A stretch of DNA of 64,000 nucleotides from Eledone cirrhosa (lineage: Eukaryota): contig OZ024740.1 of assembly GCA_964016885.1 (NCBI GenBank), positions 374,852,001-374,916,000 of the forward strand, given 5' to 3'. The notes beneath the pieces were generated by a model. That model was not told where the DNA came from, made no database searches, and saw only the letters and a program-made list of their open reading frames with translations. The translations under genes were made by a program, and so were the position numbers. Position 1 is the stretch's first letter. Every line of letters begins with the position of its first letter. Positions 1-14,687 of this stretch are shown here, one piece after another.

Positions 1-109
1 CTCTTCTCCTTTTCACTGCTATTATACCTCCTTTTTTCAACTCGTTTCCTGTACCTATACCCGTTGATTAGTTATCATTAAGTAGAAATTTACTGTTGTT
101 ATTTTACTT

Positions 110-302
110 GGCAGTGGATTGGCAGTATCCGTAAAGGGTCAGACGCCATGCTTTGCAGCATAGAGTTATGCCCTTTGCGATCTGAGTTCAAATCCCACCG
201 AGGTTAACTTTGCCTGTCATCCTTACAGGATCGATAGAATAAAGTACCAGTAATTGCACTGGGTTAATTGCTTGCCTTGTGCCAAAAGTAGAAGCAATCA
301 TT
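110..302 (+). mobile_element. tRNA-derived SINE, family 1 (Meta-domain-like core)
   Basis: Head ggcagtggattggcagtatcc and B-box-like gagttcaaatccc, core gttaactttgcctgtcatcc...gatagaataaagtaccagt, tail gtagaagcaatcat; the same layout recurs at least 7 times in the window. Confidence 0.85.
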
Positions 303-1699
303 TCTTAATGATGTACAAATGCGATCATCGTATTTGGCATGCTGAAATACGGAGGTGTGAAACATCTTTGAGTTTTATAAACAAAATATTTATTTTAATC
401 TTATTTACATATAATGCAAATTCTAATAGTCATAGGTCAACATCAACATGATTCCGAATAAAGGTGTATATGAGGCCATATTTAATATATTTATTTATGT
501 TAAACGTACATTACGCCATAATATAAATATTTGATAATGGTATAATGATAAATTCTTCATAATAAATGCGTGAATATCTAATTTTGACATGTGCGTGTAA
601 TCTGTAAAGTAATGTTTAAAATATATGTCACTCGAGCTCAACTAGGGCCGTAATTTATAATGTTATTAATTCAATATATTCACACTTGATGAATGTCAGG
701 AAAGTTAGTCTTCACGTATAAAAAGATATGCATGAAAGGTCTTATTAATTTAATGATGGATTGTATACCCGGTATTTACTGTCGCCAAATCTGTTAAATA
801 AAGCACCTATTGGCATATATCGTAATGACCATTGTCCTTCCCTATTGCTTAACATAATGTAAAAAGTGTATTTATCTAAATACAGAAATTAATGCAGAAA
901 ATAATAGTAAAATTTATTCTACGAAAATTGTTACACATAACTTTTTTCTTCAGGACATATATGATAAGTTTGTGGGGGCTTTCTATTCTGAAATGATCAA
1001 CATATAATTGACCATGTAAGAAACAGCCCTCTTCTTTATTGAGGACGGACCACCATCAGTGTTTTATCTAGGGACTAGTTAATAGTCATTATGTAACTGA
1101 TTCTCACTGGGAATTGCAATCGTTTGAAACAAAAAGGGACCTATGCTGGTATTAGTGATATTCTAGGTATAAAAACGATATCGCACTTACTATATCCAGT
1201 GAAGACTTTGCTTTGATAATGTAAGGTTGTAGTTGAGTCACAAGCATACTCGTCCCATTGCACAATCATGACTTACACATGTTTCTGAGAAGCATGATGA
1301 CTCTGCGCTTATTCAAGTGAAGTTAGTGATTTATCTTCAAATGAATCTGATGTTTATATTTCTGAAATTTCGTCCAATGATGATTGTTGTTTTGAAAGTG
1401 AAAACGAAGGTCTCCATATCTCCTCTCCCTCACTCTCTTTATAAGGATTGTCAATAAAGTTTGTTATCTCCCTTACATCATGGACTTTAGAACACATAAT
1501 ATTTGCTATCGATAATTTTGCTATCGATTTTTTATTGTTCAACGTAGATCGATTTGAAAAGGGTTTGTGGTATGACCATCTTAGCGAGATGTACAACGTT
1601 CACAGAACATTTGGTCAATTTCGGTTGGGAATTGTAAAAGCCTTAGGTATCCAAATTTGTACACAGACACACAAATAGAAAGTATACACATATTGGCTC

Positions 1700-4059
1700 T
1701 CGGACTTTTACCTCTTGGTCGAAGAAAACAATGCGTGTAAATGACGCTCCGCCGATAACCGAAAATAGACAATCACAAAATGCGGTGAGTACAGTTATTG
1801 CAACATCTTCGTCCGCCGCTGAGCCTCGCTTAGTGCAGAGAACCGATAATGCTAAAGCAACTGCTGCAGCATGAGCTGGAGAGACTACAGAGCAACACGC
1901 CTTGCTATGGATGCTACAGCTACTACTGCAGCAAGATCTGTAGAGACAGTAAACAAATATGAAACACGCCATGCGCGTAATGCTTCAGCTAATTCTGCAG
2001 CAAGAGTAATTGAGACTGAGCAAGAACGTCAAAGTCGCCAATTAAGAAATGCTCCAGCTACTGCTACAGCACGAGGTGTAGAGACTGTAACAAGTCGATC
2101 TATTCAGCTGGAGGGTAACGCTCAATGTAGAGCTTTATCGCGGGGTATTTCAAAGGCATCACGCTCACAATGGTACCTTAAGGCAGTTAATTATGACCCT
2201 AATGTAAACTATCAAAACCATCATGATATTCAAATATATGCCATGTCAAATACTTGCAAACATTGTAAAGCTAAGAAGTGGGTTGGAGAATCGGCTGGAA
2301 TGTGCTACTCGAATGGTAAGGTTAATTTGCCCACGGTAACCTCTCCAAATGCTTCTAATAGGTAAGCATTCACAATCACATGATTTTCTGAAGCATATCC
2401 GACAGTACAACATTGCGTTTCAAATGACCTATTTCGATGCAAAACGTCTGAAGGAAGATGGATTTATGCCGACTTTCAAAGTACAGGGCCAGGTGTATCA
2501 TCTCATTGGATCACTGCAACCGCTGCCTACTGAAGAGCCATTGTGGCGACAAGTGACATCATTAAGACTAACTACCAACATGCGTGAAAGATTGCATGGG
2601 GACCCTCTATCATCAACATTTTCTGGAGACATTCTTATAATAGGAGATGGTAACCTACCACCGGATACAGATGGAGACATAGCAACTGATCACATCTGAA
2701 ATGTAGTTGAAGCTGTCGATGATCTCAAGGCGAGTGTACTACTGAACTTGCGTGATAACTATACGAATCTTGTTTGGCTATGCGAAAGAGCCATTCTTGC
2801 ACCCAGCAATATCACGGTTAGCTGTATTAACGATCAGCTTTTTCAGCTCTTCCTGGATGTCCACGGATATATAAATCTATTGACACTGTATGCAATCCAC
2901 AGGATGAGGTCAATTATCACAGTTGAATTTCTAAATTCTTTAAATCCTCCCGGTTAACCTCCTAATACATTGGTTCTGAAATAGGGAACGCCAGTTATTT
3001 TGCTGAGAAATATCACTCCTCCAAAACTATGCGATGGTACACGCCTTGTGGTTAAAAAACTGTCTCCACTTAGTATTGACGCTACCATTCTATCCGGATC
3101 TGGAAAAGGCGAGGATGTGATAGTAACAAAAATTAGCCTAACTACATCAGGCGTGGGTACTCTACTCCCTTCTCCTTTTGCCGAACCCAATTTCCCCTTC
3201 GTGTTGCCTTTGCGATGTCCATAAACAAGTCGCAAGGTCAAACTCTGTCCGTCGCTGGAATTCACTTGGATGAACCTTGCTTTTCGTACGGACAATTCTA
3301 CCTTGTCTGCTCACCAGTTGGCAGTAGAGATAATTGTTTCTACTGTTGGCACAAGGCCAGCAAATACCAGTACATTACTGGTACTTTATTTTATCGACCC
3401 CGTAAGGATGAAAGGCAAAGTTAACCTCGGCGGGATTTGAACTCAGACCGTAAAGGGACGTAACTATGCTGGAAAGCATGGCGTCCGACTCCCTACTGAT
3501 ACTGCCAATCCACAGATAATGTCTTTGCGTTTGTTCCGAAAAGAAAAAAAAAGAATATCATCTACCCTGAAGTGCTTTAATGTTAACAAAAAAACATTTA
3601 TTACAGCCCTGCCTTGACTTCACCTTACTTCATTACAAAACATACCAATGAATATGCCATGCAGGATATTTTGCATTATAAGTTCAGAATTTAACCATAC
3701 ACAGCAAAGGATGATCTAAAAGAATAGATTTTCTCTTATTCTACTCACATTGTTTTTTTGTTTGTATACAACTCTGCTTTCATTACAACTTTTGTACTCT
3801 AGCAAAACTGCCCGTTTTTTTACAGATTTGCAACGTTTATTGTCTTTAATCATTTGTATAACTATATCCTGTTCAGTGTTTACATTCATTATCAACATAG
3901 TTTTATGTGTACAAAGATTGCACTAACTATTTGTTTGCATTAATTATTGAAGACGTCTACTTATATTGACAGGTTGGGGACAAATAATGTTCTTTTATTT
4001 CCTAGCTGTTTATTCTTAGCATCATTTCAAACCCCGGGCAACGCCGAGTAAATCTGCAA

Positions 4060-4060
<1 letters not shown>
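1700..4060 (+). mobile_element. Decayed, internally deleted Helitron (RepHel pseudogene)
   Basis: N-terminal ~21-aa Ala/Arg repeats; Zn-finger CKHCKAKKWVGESAGMC; FLKHIRQYNIAFQMT..FMPTFKVQGQVYHLIGSL; PIF1-helicase C-terminal motifs LCERAILAP, EFLNSLNPPG, LLRNITPPKLCDGTRL, MSINKSQGQTL..EPCFSYGQ; stops and frameshifts; 3' hairpin-like cccgggcaacgccgag then ctgcaag|t (degenerate CTAG) at 4032-4061; 5' end approximate. Confidence 0.9.
3332..3515 (-). mobile_element. SINE family 1 copy inserted in the Helitron 3' part
   Basis: Reverse complement of the SINE core: ggtactttattttatcgacccc..ggatgaaaggcaaagttaacctcggcgggatttgaactcaga. Confidence 0.85.

Positions 4061-4139
<79 letters not shown>
4061..4139. 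repeat. (TA)n microsatellite
   Basis: Pure TA run; similar runs at ~4793, ~5735, ~12028, ~27489, ~28655, ~29060-29450 and elsewhere. Confidence 0.98.
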
Positions 4140-4147
<8 letters not shown>

Positions 4148-4788
4148 ATTTATATATGTATGCAAATGGCTATGTATATGTATACATCAAAAACACACAA
4201 ACACGTATATATTATTCTCTTTGATAACTCACATAGGGCAGCCTAATATAATGACTTTTTTTATTCGCCAGTTTTAACAAATGTATATATACACATATAC
4301 TTTACACTAGTAGCCTTTGGAGTACGCTTTAGATTATTTGTACAATGGCTTCAAACATTACTATAAAATGTAATATATTTTGATCTTACATTTATATACT
4401 CACTCGAACACACTGAAAAATATATACAGTTATATACGTGTGTGGGGGGCATCTACTCTTGCATACAGAATGGTACAATGACACATCAGCCACGTAAATA
4501 AACATAATAATTCCATTCGGTGATAATTAATCGAAGAATACCGTTGTTTAATTACATACAACACCATTATATATAGGGTATTAACGCAATTTCAGAATAG
4601 TTATTCGTTATATTCTGCGTTTTTGTATGCTAAACCTTTCAAATAAGATCACTTTAGAATGGCTTAAAGAGGAGTTCCATAATAACTTGATCAAAAAAAA
4701 AAGATTCAGCATTTCGTTTGAATAGTTGATGTTTAATGATTATATTTATTATTGTAAGGTAAGCCAAAATAAATAAAATGTGTTTATA

Positions 4789-4833
<45 letters not shown>

Positions 4834-5730
4834 AGGGTTTAGATCAATATCCTGTCATTTCGATGTTCTTGCTTACAATGTGGTCAATAAATTCGTTTGG
4901 AACCTAAGCAAAGAAGTAATTGTAATATAACATCCCAGCCAGAAGCGTAAAACTATGAAAACAATGTAATTATTGTATGGACGGATTAGCATATGACAAA
5001 GTTAAAGTATTCATAATTTCATCAATTAAAATAGCCAGCATCCTCCTAATTTAGTACACAAAAGTCGGCCAGACTACAGAAGTCTATATGTAAACTGGTA
5101 CAGTACTATACCGTGGAGAATCCGCTACTCATCGATCAATAATAAAGCCATCAAGGCATGGGAAATAAGGAAAGGCCTTAGTCTGAATAAAGACTCGATC
5201 TTTCCTGATATCAGGATTAAGGATGTTCATTTCCACAACTGGTTATATGGGATGTGAGATAAGGTTAGAAGGAAACAGCGAAATCTATTATATATCGCTA
5301 TGCGGAGTCACTGTGCAAAAGGAGTAATCGAATATAATGAATGACATATTTACTCTGTCTTCGAGTTCAAAGCAATGGGCATTAGGTAATATAAAAGCGA
5401 CAGCCAATAACAATCGTATACATTTGCATCTTCAAGAAATTCCAATTCGTTGTTGTATTAAGTTGCAAAGCACAAATGGCATATATACCTATCGTAACCC
5501 GCAAAACAACATCACCTTGACGGCAGGTATATCCAAAAACCCAAACAAAGCATTGTTTACGTTTTCAGCATATGTCTAACGAAAACGCATTAGATAACTG
5601 TTACATAATAACAGTTAATGCCTTTATAATGTGCATAATATGAGAGATATGAGGGCAATAAACAGAAGTTGAATATTTGAAATCGTCTCTGATCTTTTTC
5701 TAAATATATATATTTGTTAATGATAATTAC

Positions 5731-5800
<70 letters not shown>

Positions 5801-8800
5801 CATATTTATTTATTTTATTTTTGAAAGGTATATAGAATATTAGATAGCGCTTTGTGTTCTTTTTGTATGAAAGTTATACATAATATTGATCAGCTCTCAT
5901 ACAATTTGACCACTGTTTTCCTTTTTCCTTTCCCTATCCACGGATAGGTAAACACATCCACACACACACATCTCTATACACATATAGAAATAGATAGGCA
6001 TAGACAGATAGATAAATATATTGATAAATATATATAATAATATCGAGTGTATGTATACTATTATTGTTTGTGCATGTCTATGTCGTTAGTGCATCTTTCT
6101 GTTTTATCTTAGATTTTCCAAAAACCCGTTATAGTTACAAATTAATAGCTATTCAGTTATTCATGTTCGATAATTGTTCTGATGCGTTTAATTCAAAATA
6201 TATTTTGTAATGTATTGGACATGATAATACCTTACTTATATCCTCAAAATTATTTGTAAAATGCGATGCATGAAAGTTTTGATTCTGAAAACGAATATGA
6301 TTAAAATCTAATGTATTATACGTAATAGACTTTATGACTGCTTTTATATATTAATATAATGGTTTGGTTTAATAAAAACACAACATATTCAGAGACTTCT
6401 TCCATTAGTAAATAGCAAAAAAGTATATATAGATTTAGTGACTCTTATATAAAGAAATAGAAGAATGATTGAGTGAAACAACATGATGCGGTTAAGGTTA
6501 AAGTCGTGTGAATATGCAACGTGTTAAAACTGTATATCATCCACCTCTTTGTCACTGCTATCAATCTATAGGCCTAATATGTCAGACAAAGTTATCGGAA
6601 GGAGATATTGTCGAGGTACCTACCGTGAGGAAGTAGAGCTAATATCTCATGAAGACCTAAGAGCTGTCAACAAGAAATAAGATATATCGTTGAGATGAAA
6701 TTCAATATTTCTCTGATTGATGAGGAAATAGCAAGGTGTAAACATAGGTAAATAGTGTCTCCTAGAACAGCACTTCCATAATTATGTCCGGTTATATGTT
6801 AAATGTTTAATTTAGTGAATAGATATTCGAAATTGCACTGATTCAACTATATATCATTGTTTTATTGATTGCATTTTATTGCCAACTATTAACCTACTCC
6901 ACTCATCATTTTCCTTTTACCTGAGACATTTGCGAGGAGAATAAATCAAGAAGTCTACCGTGAAAAGAAGTTTTACGCCATAGGTCAGGTTTTCCGTTAG
7001 AAAACTTAACTTGCACAACAACCAATGATTTTACACTTATTTGTCGTATATGATCTTTAAACCCCCATGCACATCTTGATTTATATATTTATCTGAATGC
7101 TACAGCCCGTATCTGAGAGAAAACAGTATTTTCTGAAGGGGTTGCGATTACTAAGCGATAAATAATGTTTGAGATATTTGGATAATGTAACATATTTATT
7201 ATTAGTCACCTACCTGACAATTAAGCGACACGAATGGATGGTAGGTGACCTGGACTAAATCGCTTAGGATATTTATTTTGGTTTATACTCCTTCTACGTT
7301 CAGATCATACAAATTTCAAATTTAAATTTCACCTTTGTGCAACGTCTATTGTTTTGTCCTTCTGTTAGTTTAGACTATGACATGTCAACCGTGATGATGT
7401 ATACCGGGGAGGAATATTATTCAACTGACTATTTCGTCCTTTTTACGTTATAGAAATAGATGTAGAAATCTATATGCCTATTTCACCTTTACTGTTTAAT
7501 TTGAAGGAAAGGTATGTATTTCAAGCATGGTGGATTGAAAATTACACATGCTCTATAGCGAGATCATAGATTGATAGATTATATAGTAGCTATGTACTGG
7601 TGAGATTTTAACTAGCTATATCATTCTTCAAATCCCACCTCAGCGTTGTTTAGCATCAACGTTGCTTGCTTTTCACGGGAAATGAAATAATAAAGTTTTG
7701 AGGTATCTGAGAATATTGGATACCATTTCAGGGGAAACAGGCACTATAAACTAAAATAACATTTTCCTTAAGACTGCATTAGTATGGTTCACTCAACTAT
7801 TGATTAAAATCCAATAAACATGCAACACAGGCGGATAGTTGTTTAAAAGGTGTTTCACATTTAAAGCCATCTGTATGGTTCAACGCCAACTTCAAATCTT
7901 GCGTTTTATACTAACTTTTATCCATATTTTAATGATAATTTGGAATTCTATATGTCTTCAATTTAAAAAAAAATATTCTCTTAAAACGGAATTTATGTAA
8001 GAAAATAAGTATATAGCAGCAATATTATTTTTCGCAATAAGGGATGTGCCCCATGACATATTGGCTTTTAAATGAAACATCGCGGATTGTAACCGAAACA
8101 ATTAATGTAAGTAAGGAAACTTTCATTCATTATAAGCTTCCCGATTACATATATTTCCTATATGTACAACGTCGAGGAAAATGTTGAAAGGTTTCATAGA
8201 AGGAAACAACTAGAGTAGTAATTGTCTTTGTCATGAACAATGTGTGCACTCATTTTGATATGCCATGAACAAGCAGCCTCACCACTTAAATACAGTATGA
8301 TGTTTTTATAATTGAATACAAGTAAGCCTAAAAAGATAGCAAGTATTTATATTGTTAGTACTATTCTAATTATGCTGTCTATGATTTCATGTATGATTCA
8401 ATACAAATTTCTCAAGTATCACAGTCTGATAACTTCCCCAGGTATATACATGCTGCCTCTTACGATATAGATAGTATGAATCATCTTGCTTATAGTTTCT
8501 TATAATCTGTTCACATCTATCAACAACAGCAGCAGCAATAACACCATTAGACATAATAACAATAATCACACACTAATAACTGGGGGAAGAGCCAACGCAA
8601 CAGCAAACGATACAACTAAAACAAAAGAAGCTGAACAGATGTGTTCACAGCAACAACAAGAACCAGAGCGAAATAAACCACTGATAAATAAACCATAGCA
8701 ACTGACACTTACAGACGAGTTTACTACTAAGGGCTCCCATGATAGGGAAATAGGAGTTGCCAGATTTTAACTCACAAAGACAGAATTCTTGTCAGCTTTA

Positions 8801-11072
8801 ATTCAAAGCGCAGCGTAGTGAGTCAATTGTTGTGTTTCCCTCCAATATGATGTATGATTATTCTTTTTAAACATGACGAACAAAATAACTGTTATAGTGG
8901 CCTGAAAACAGATTACTACTAAAATAGAGAATACGACTTAACTCTCCTTTCTTCTTCTTTTACATTCTTTAGATGTGATAAAACTATACATACTCTGGGG
9001 TTGGTGTGAGAGCAGAAGAGCCATTAATGAGTTCGAGACGTCCGTAATACAATTGATCGCCCTCGTCTTTTTGTTACCCCAAATCGAGTAGCCTGTCGAT
9101 TTTATTTCAAAAACCTCTGGAGTCAAATGTACGTACGGATGGTAAATAGGTCTTGAACGTGAGCAACAGTAACGGCATTGATAATACCTCCAGATTAAGG
9201 GTCATGGATTCTTTGAATTTGTAAAACGCTCACTATGATCATTACGATTGGTGGGTTATCAGATGAATGCAGGGTCAGTGAAGTATTAGATGATGAAAAG
9301 TTTGGTAAAAATTCTTCCACATTCTTCGAGATCACTTCCAACTGTATAGCAGGCTTCGCCTTACTTTTCCGCATACAGGAATATTGATAGGCATTTCAAA
9401 TTGGGTCATCTAGATCACAGGTAATTTTCAGGTGAGAAGAGAGAAGTCACTCAAAAGTTATTCAGAAAAGGTGCATACATTTTATGCAAATGCAGCTAAG
9501 CGAATTAGTCAAACCGTGGCATTTAATGGCTATAGAGATAAGACATATACATTTGTGTGAACAAAAGTGAGGGCATTGTTTGTGAATATATACCACGTTT
9601 TCTGCACACAGAGAGATAAACGTTATTTGTTTACATTTGTACTAAATCTATTCATATATACATCAAAGTGATATCTCAAAGGATGTGTTGCCTATAATAG
9701 TGTAACTTTAATGTATATTTCAAAGTAGCGAACGCATGTTGTTTAATGCATCAATAATTACATAATTGAATCTAATCTATTAGGTCGCTAATATATAAAC
9801 GGGTATAATTTTCGCTATACTGGCTTTTATTTTACTATAGCAGTTCTCTAGAGAGTTATATCTGTGAACAACATTCCAATTCGTTTTATGAGGACTTGAC
9901 ATGTATCTTATGTCTTTCACATTTTATCAATGGCAATATTAAAGATTCTCGACCTGTGATTTTAATACAAAAGACTCATTTACATAAGAGAAATAAGTTT
10001 CGTGGTTAGTATTAATTTTCTTTAATATTGATTTCTTTTCAGCTATGCATAAAAGTATTTTATTTTAGTTTAGGTAGGAAATTCGAGACTACAATTCATG
10101 ACTTACAGAAATACATTAATGATGTAATTGAAATGGAATTATAACGAAATAGTTTCGTTCGCCATTCTGAAGTAACCTTAGTATACACTCTATTGTTTTT
10201 AATGCAGTGTAATAGCCTACTTAAACAAGAAAAGCAAAAAATAAATACGAAACCATAAAACATTTAATGACATTACTTACTATGTGTAAACTCATGTTAG
10301 AATAAAGTAAAAAAAACTTCTAAACTTATAATTAACATACGTATTAGAGCTTTGAAATGTGCACTATAAGCTATTTTACAAAGTTGGATAACGTTTTCAA
10401 ATATGTTAATTAATTAGTTAACAGTTTTACGGATGTATTGGTTATTGCTGCTCATGTATATAATTGTGATGGGCATAACATGCTGTACTGCATTTCGTTA
10501 ATGCAAATAAAAAAAAGAATATTCGATAGAAGCTACGAAATATATAACATCCAATAAAGTATTTAAAAAAAGATATTGGAAAACCATTGGAAAAGGGTTT
10601 GATATAACATGTTCTTATCACGGTAAAATAGTTTTAAATTCACTTTCTAAACGAAATGACATGGATATTAACATCAGCTTCTCTCTTATAGACACATTAA
10701 CGTTGGTTTAACTATGGCTAAAACTTTAGAGTCTTTTTTACACTATTATTTACACTATTATTGACGCCAAGTGAGGAAATTACATTTTACGCCATTAATG
10801 CATATATCAACTGACAACAATACCTTTGAATAAAATACACTGTTTTAGTGACTTAACGTCTGTTTTTTTTTATATATTTTTGATTATTACATTTTCACAT
10901 GAACATAAGTGATTTTTGTCACACATCTGTCCAGTAGAAATGTATGTGAACCGCTTTTGTTTGGATACCATTTTACATAACAATATATTCATATATATAT
11001 TTCCGTTGTTTTGTATTGTTTATTTTTTATTTTTTAAGTTCATGTAAAACATTTTGAAAACGAAAACGAAAT

Positions 11073-11384
11073 TTATGAAATATCCAAATCAATCGGACAG
11101 TCACAAAATTTGGTAGCTTTATACTTTTTATATGATTGCTTCAGCAAAATTTTCTTTCGCAGATTTGTATTGTCAATTCTTCGAACAGCTTTACTCCGGA
11201 TAGATTTGCGTTTAAACTCTCGCAGTTTCTCTCGTGTTAATTTTAGAAACATCTGCCTTTGATGCTTTTGCAATAGGCGTCTTTTCCGTATGAAATTTCG
11301 CTCTCGGGCGAGAAAGTACAGATTTAGATGGGCCTTTTTCATTTCAGTTTGAACAGACAAACAGAGTTTCTTCCATAGTATTGC
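11073..11384 (-). CDS. Candidate terminal coding exon of an unidentified host gene (basic, helix-like)
   Basis: Minus-strand acceptor tttccag|G at 11385/11384 followed by 103 stop-free codons (AILWKKLCLSVQTEMKKAHLNL...CDCPIDLDIS*) in very AT-rich non-repeat DNA; AATAAA downstream near 11025. Confidence 0.45.
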   Translation of the reverse strand, partial: AILWKKLCLSVQTEMKKAHLNLYFLARERNFIRKRRLLQKHQRQMFLKLTREKLREFKRKSIRSKAVRRIDNTNLRKKILLKQSYKKYKATKFCDCPIDLDIS

Positions 11385-11744
11385 CTGGAAATATATATAG
11401 ATATAAACATATAAATATTAATTTTAGTAATAATTTGCCATTTTATGAAAAAAAGACCCTAAATGCGATGATATGAAATTCTAGTTAGCGAAACACGGAT
11501 AGAAGTTAAAAGCAAAGAAAATATTGTGTGCATGCAAATCGGCATGTAACGATGTATTTGTGTATCAGATTAGATATATTTAGTTATATTTTTATTTCAC
11601 CTATCATCTATACCACGCATAAATATATCAGAAAAGTATAGTCTCAGGCGCAGAAATATAACTGCAAATACACTCGATTACTATAAATAATATATTCGAA
11701 AACTTGGGCATTATGGAAGGAAAAAAGTGACCAGCGTATAGGTT

Positions 11745-12024
11745 GCTAAATGGTGAGTGAATCGGATAAAAATCGTGGGATGGCGAATTCGATACTCGAG
11801 ACGGGATCTGCGTTGTGCCCTCTATGAATGAGTTGCGTTATTACTGGAGCCAAGTTGCATCGGCATTAGCATTTCTCTGGGACATCAGTAGTGGCACGAT
11901 GAGAGTAGATTGAATGAATGTGGTACATCTGGACCTTCAGAACAAAAACACCTTGTCCCAGCCAGTGCCTCGGAGGGGAAATTTCGTGGTACAAAAGAAA
12001 TAATCATTCACGAACAAATGGTTT

Positions 12025-12025
<1 letters not shown>
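11745..12025 (+). mobile_element. Decayed tRNA-derived SINE, family 2
   Basis: A/B-box-like gctaaatggtgag..gaattcgatactc, then ttgtgccctc; tail caccttgtcccagccagtgcctcggaggggaaattt resembles the tail at 26680-26750. Confidence 0.55.
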
Positions 12026-12097
<72 letters not shown>

Positions 12098-12245
12098 GTG
12101 TGTGTGTGTGTGTGTATTCATGCGTGTGAGGATCAGCCTGTCTGAATGTCTGTCTATTTATATGAATGTATGCATGTATATAAATATATTTGTTTGTGTG
12201 TTTGAATGCATATGTGTAAACAATTATTATTATGTGGATTTGAAC

Positions 12246-12586
12246 TCAGGTCCCTTTACGATCTGAGTTCAAATCCCGCCGAGGTTGACTTTGCCTTTCA
12301 TCCTTACGGGGTTGATAAAATAATGTAACTGTAATGCACTGGGTGATTGCTGGCCTTGTGCATAAAGTAGAAACAATTATTATTATAAAATAGTGTTGGA
12401 TGGCAATATCGGTAGAACGTTGGATAACATGTATTACTGCATGCAGTTCAGGCCCTTTACGTTCTGAGTTCAAATGCTGCGGGGCTTAGCTTTGATTTTC
12501 ATTCTTACGGGATCGATAAAACAACACCAGGCACACACTGGAGTCATTGTTTTGCCTTGTGCTCAAAGTAGAAACAATTATTACTA
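12246..12586 (+). mobile_element. Two tandem SINE family 1 copies (first 5'-truncated)
   Basis: gagttcaaatcccgccgaggttgactttgcctttcatcc..gataaaa..gtagaaacaattatta occurs twice (12246-12385, 12395-12586). Confidence 0.8.
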
Positions 12587-13392
12587 TAGAATAGAATGTT
12601 CGACCGTCAAGCTTAAAACTTTTCGATGGCAGAATGGGAAATGTGTATGTGTTATCTCAGGACATGCCCATTTCTTAGAGTGGGAGCCTACACGTTGATT
12701 GGCAGAAATCATTTTACTATTGCAAACGGTTTTCTCTTTCTTTCTCTGTAATAATCGTTACATATACAGGTATTGTTCTAGGAAGATTATTATTTATCAT
12801 CACGCTTTCAGTTCTCTGGTGCATCCGACCATCTTTTATTTGGTACCAGTTATTAAGCTGTTAAAATACCAACCTAAAGAAATCAGAAATATAAAAAAGT
12901 ACTTTATTTACAGAATGAAATTTTATGAAATAGTAACCACGATAACGTTGCAGAACAGTGTTTAAGGAAACACTCAAAGAAGATCAGCTGCTATAAGCTG
13001 AATTACAAACCAAATTCCAGTCAAATCACTACAAAAAAACTGAAAGAAAATGTAGTAAGGAGCTGCTCCAGCACACAATGTATTGCGAAGGACGAATGTT
13101 GCCATATTTTATTTTTTTAACCATTTTACAATGCAGGCTCTCCACAAGGGAGCAGAAATACATCAGCAAGGAAAGATTTTAAGTAATTAATTTTAAAGAG
13201 AACCTCAATTAATTTGACACATTATTTTAACACTGACTTTAACCAAAGTCATTTTCCTTGATATAAGCGTCAATAATACAAATCGTTGCTCCCTCTATTT
13301 TGCAAAAAGCATAAATTACAAACAACGGGTATAGGACAGGATTCCAACAGCGTATAGAAATATGTGAAAAAGATATATATGTTGTGTGTTGT

Positions 13393-13688
13393 CAACACAC
13401 AACACGCAACACACAGAAACAAGATGATGTAGGACAGAACAAAGGAGAGACATAAAATAAGAACCTAGTCACTGAGGAGTTCACAGAATGTGTGACGAAA
13501 GAGCTTTGACAATATATAAACAACATCCCGGTTATCGAATCAACCAACCGGAAATTTATAATAAATTGAAGTGAAAAACAACAGGTGCGTGTTTTTATTG
13601 GCAGCATGAACCTCCCAAAGTATAACAAAATCAGTTTCAACACAACTTTTCAGATAAGAAATCTAGCAAAACAAGTTCAGAAACGAAG
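13393..13688 (+). mobile_element. Solo pLTR/3' end of the PLE family found at 34-35.9 kb and 47.5-49.4 kb
   Basis: Diverged colinear match to 35530-35872, including the hammerhead motif and the ATG..CCAAAGTATAA..TTCAGAAACGAA end. Confidence 0.85.
13468..13510 (+). ncRNA. Minimal type-I hammerhead ribozyme motif (family A)
   Basis: gtca-CTGAGGA-gttcaca/tgtgac-GAAA-gagc-TT-tgac. Confidence 0.6.
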
Positions 13689-13695
13689 TGTCTAT

Positions 13696-13713
13696 ACACA
13701 CACATACACACAA

Positions 13714-13759
<46 letters not shown>

Positions 13760-13770
13760 CCACCCACACC

Positions 13771-13802
<32 letters not shown>

Positions 13803-13809
13803 CACGCAC

Positions 13810-13876
<67 letters not shown>
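13696..13876. repeat. (CA)n microsatellite
   Basis: Imperfect CA run; the complementary type (TG)n is at 18604-18769. Confidence 0.98.
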
Positions 13877-13879
<3 letters not shown>

Positions 13880-13889
13880 TCAACGTGGC

Positions 13890-14660
13890 AATCCTCCTCT
13901 TGGTGTAGCTTCGTTGAATTGCCTGAAGCTCCATGGTTCGTTTGATACTATGGAGTGACCACCGCTGGGGGCAATGGTCCAGGTGGCGAAGGACAAATGT
14001 CCTCCATAATATCATGGTTTCTCAGTCTCTTGTCTCGAAAGTCCCCAAGATCCAGCCAGCGAGTCATCTGCACATTGTCGTCGCCCTCATGATGTGTGAT
14101 GAAAAAGAGGCATCGTCGCTCATGTACATCGCCAGGTCTCGCATCGATTTCGACACGGGGATTTCGGTCCCTCCTGGTAGCGTGTAGCTGTGTTCTATTG
14201 TCTTTTTGTTTGCAAGTTGGTATTGTAGAGCTTAACATTTGCTGCATATCGTTGTACTCAGGCCATGTGTATATGGGATACAGATCTTGTTGTAAAAGGG
14301 TAGTATCTGCCGGTTTTTGATTGCCTGTGCTACATTTTGTCTCATCAGCATAGCTAATGAGGGATGTTGTATGTACTACAAAGAGCATGTCTGCCCCCCC
14401 CCCCCCCGAACAGTAGAGGTACCAAGAATGTGTCCTTGAGTACCCCACTTGTTATTGATGTTTCCTTTGAGGGACTCCATTTGTTGCAACTGTCTTACTT
14501 CTATCTTTTAAGAAATCATGCAGCCATTCACCTGCTTTTCCAGTTACGCCGAGTCTGTGTAATTTGTGACACAACTCTCCGTGGTCAACCTTGCCGAAGT
14601 CCTTCACAAAGTCAAGATATATCACGTCCACATGTGAGTTGTCCACAGCTGTTTCTGTAC
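13890..14660 (-). mobile_element. CR1-like LINE reverse transcriptase fragment (pseudogene)
   Basis: VDVIYLDFVKDFGKVDH..LHRLGVTGKAGEWLHDFLKDRSKTV..NG, gvpQG-like segment, SYADETK..LQQDL..IYTW; frameshifted. Confidence 0.85.
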
Positions 14661-14687
14661 CCAGTCATAGTGTTTTTACAGTAAATG

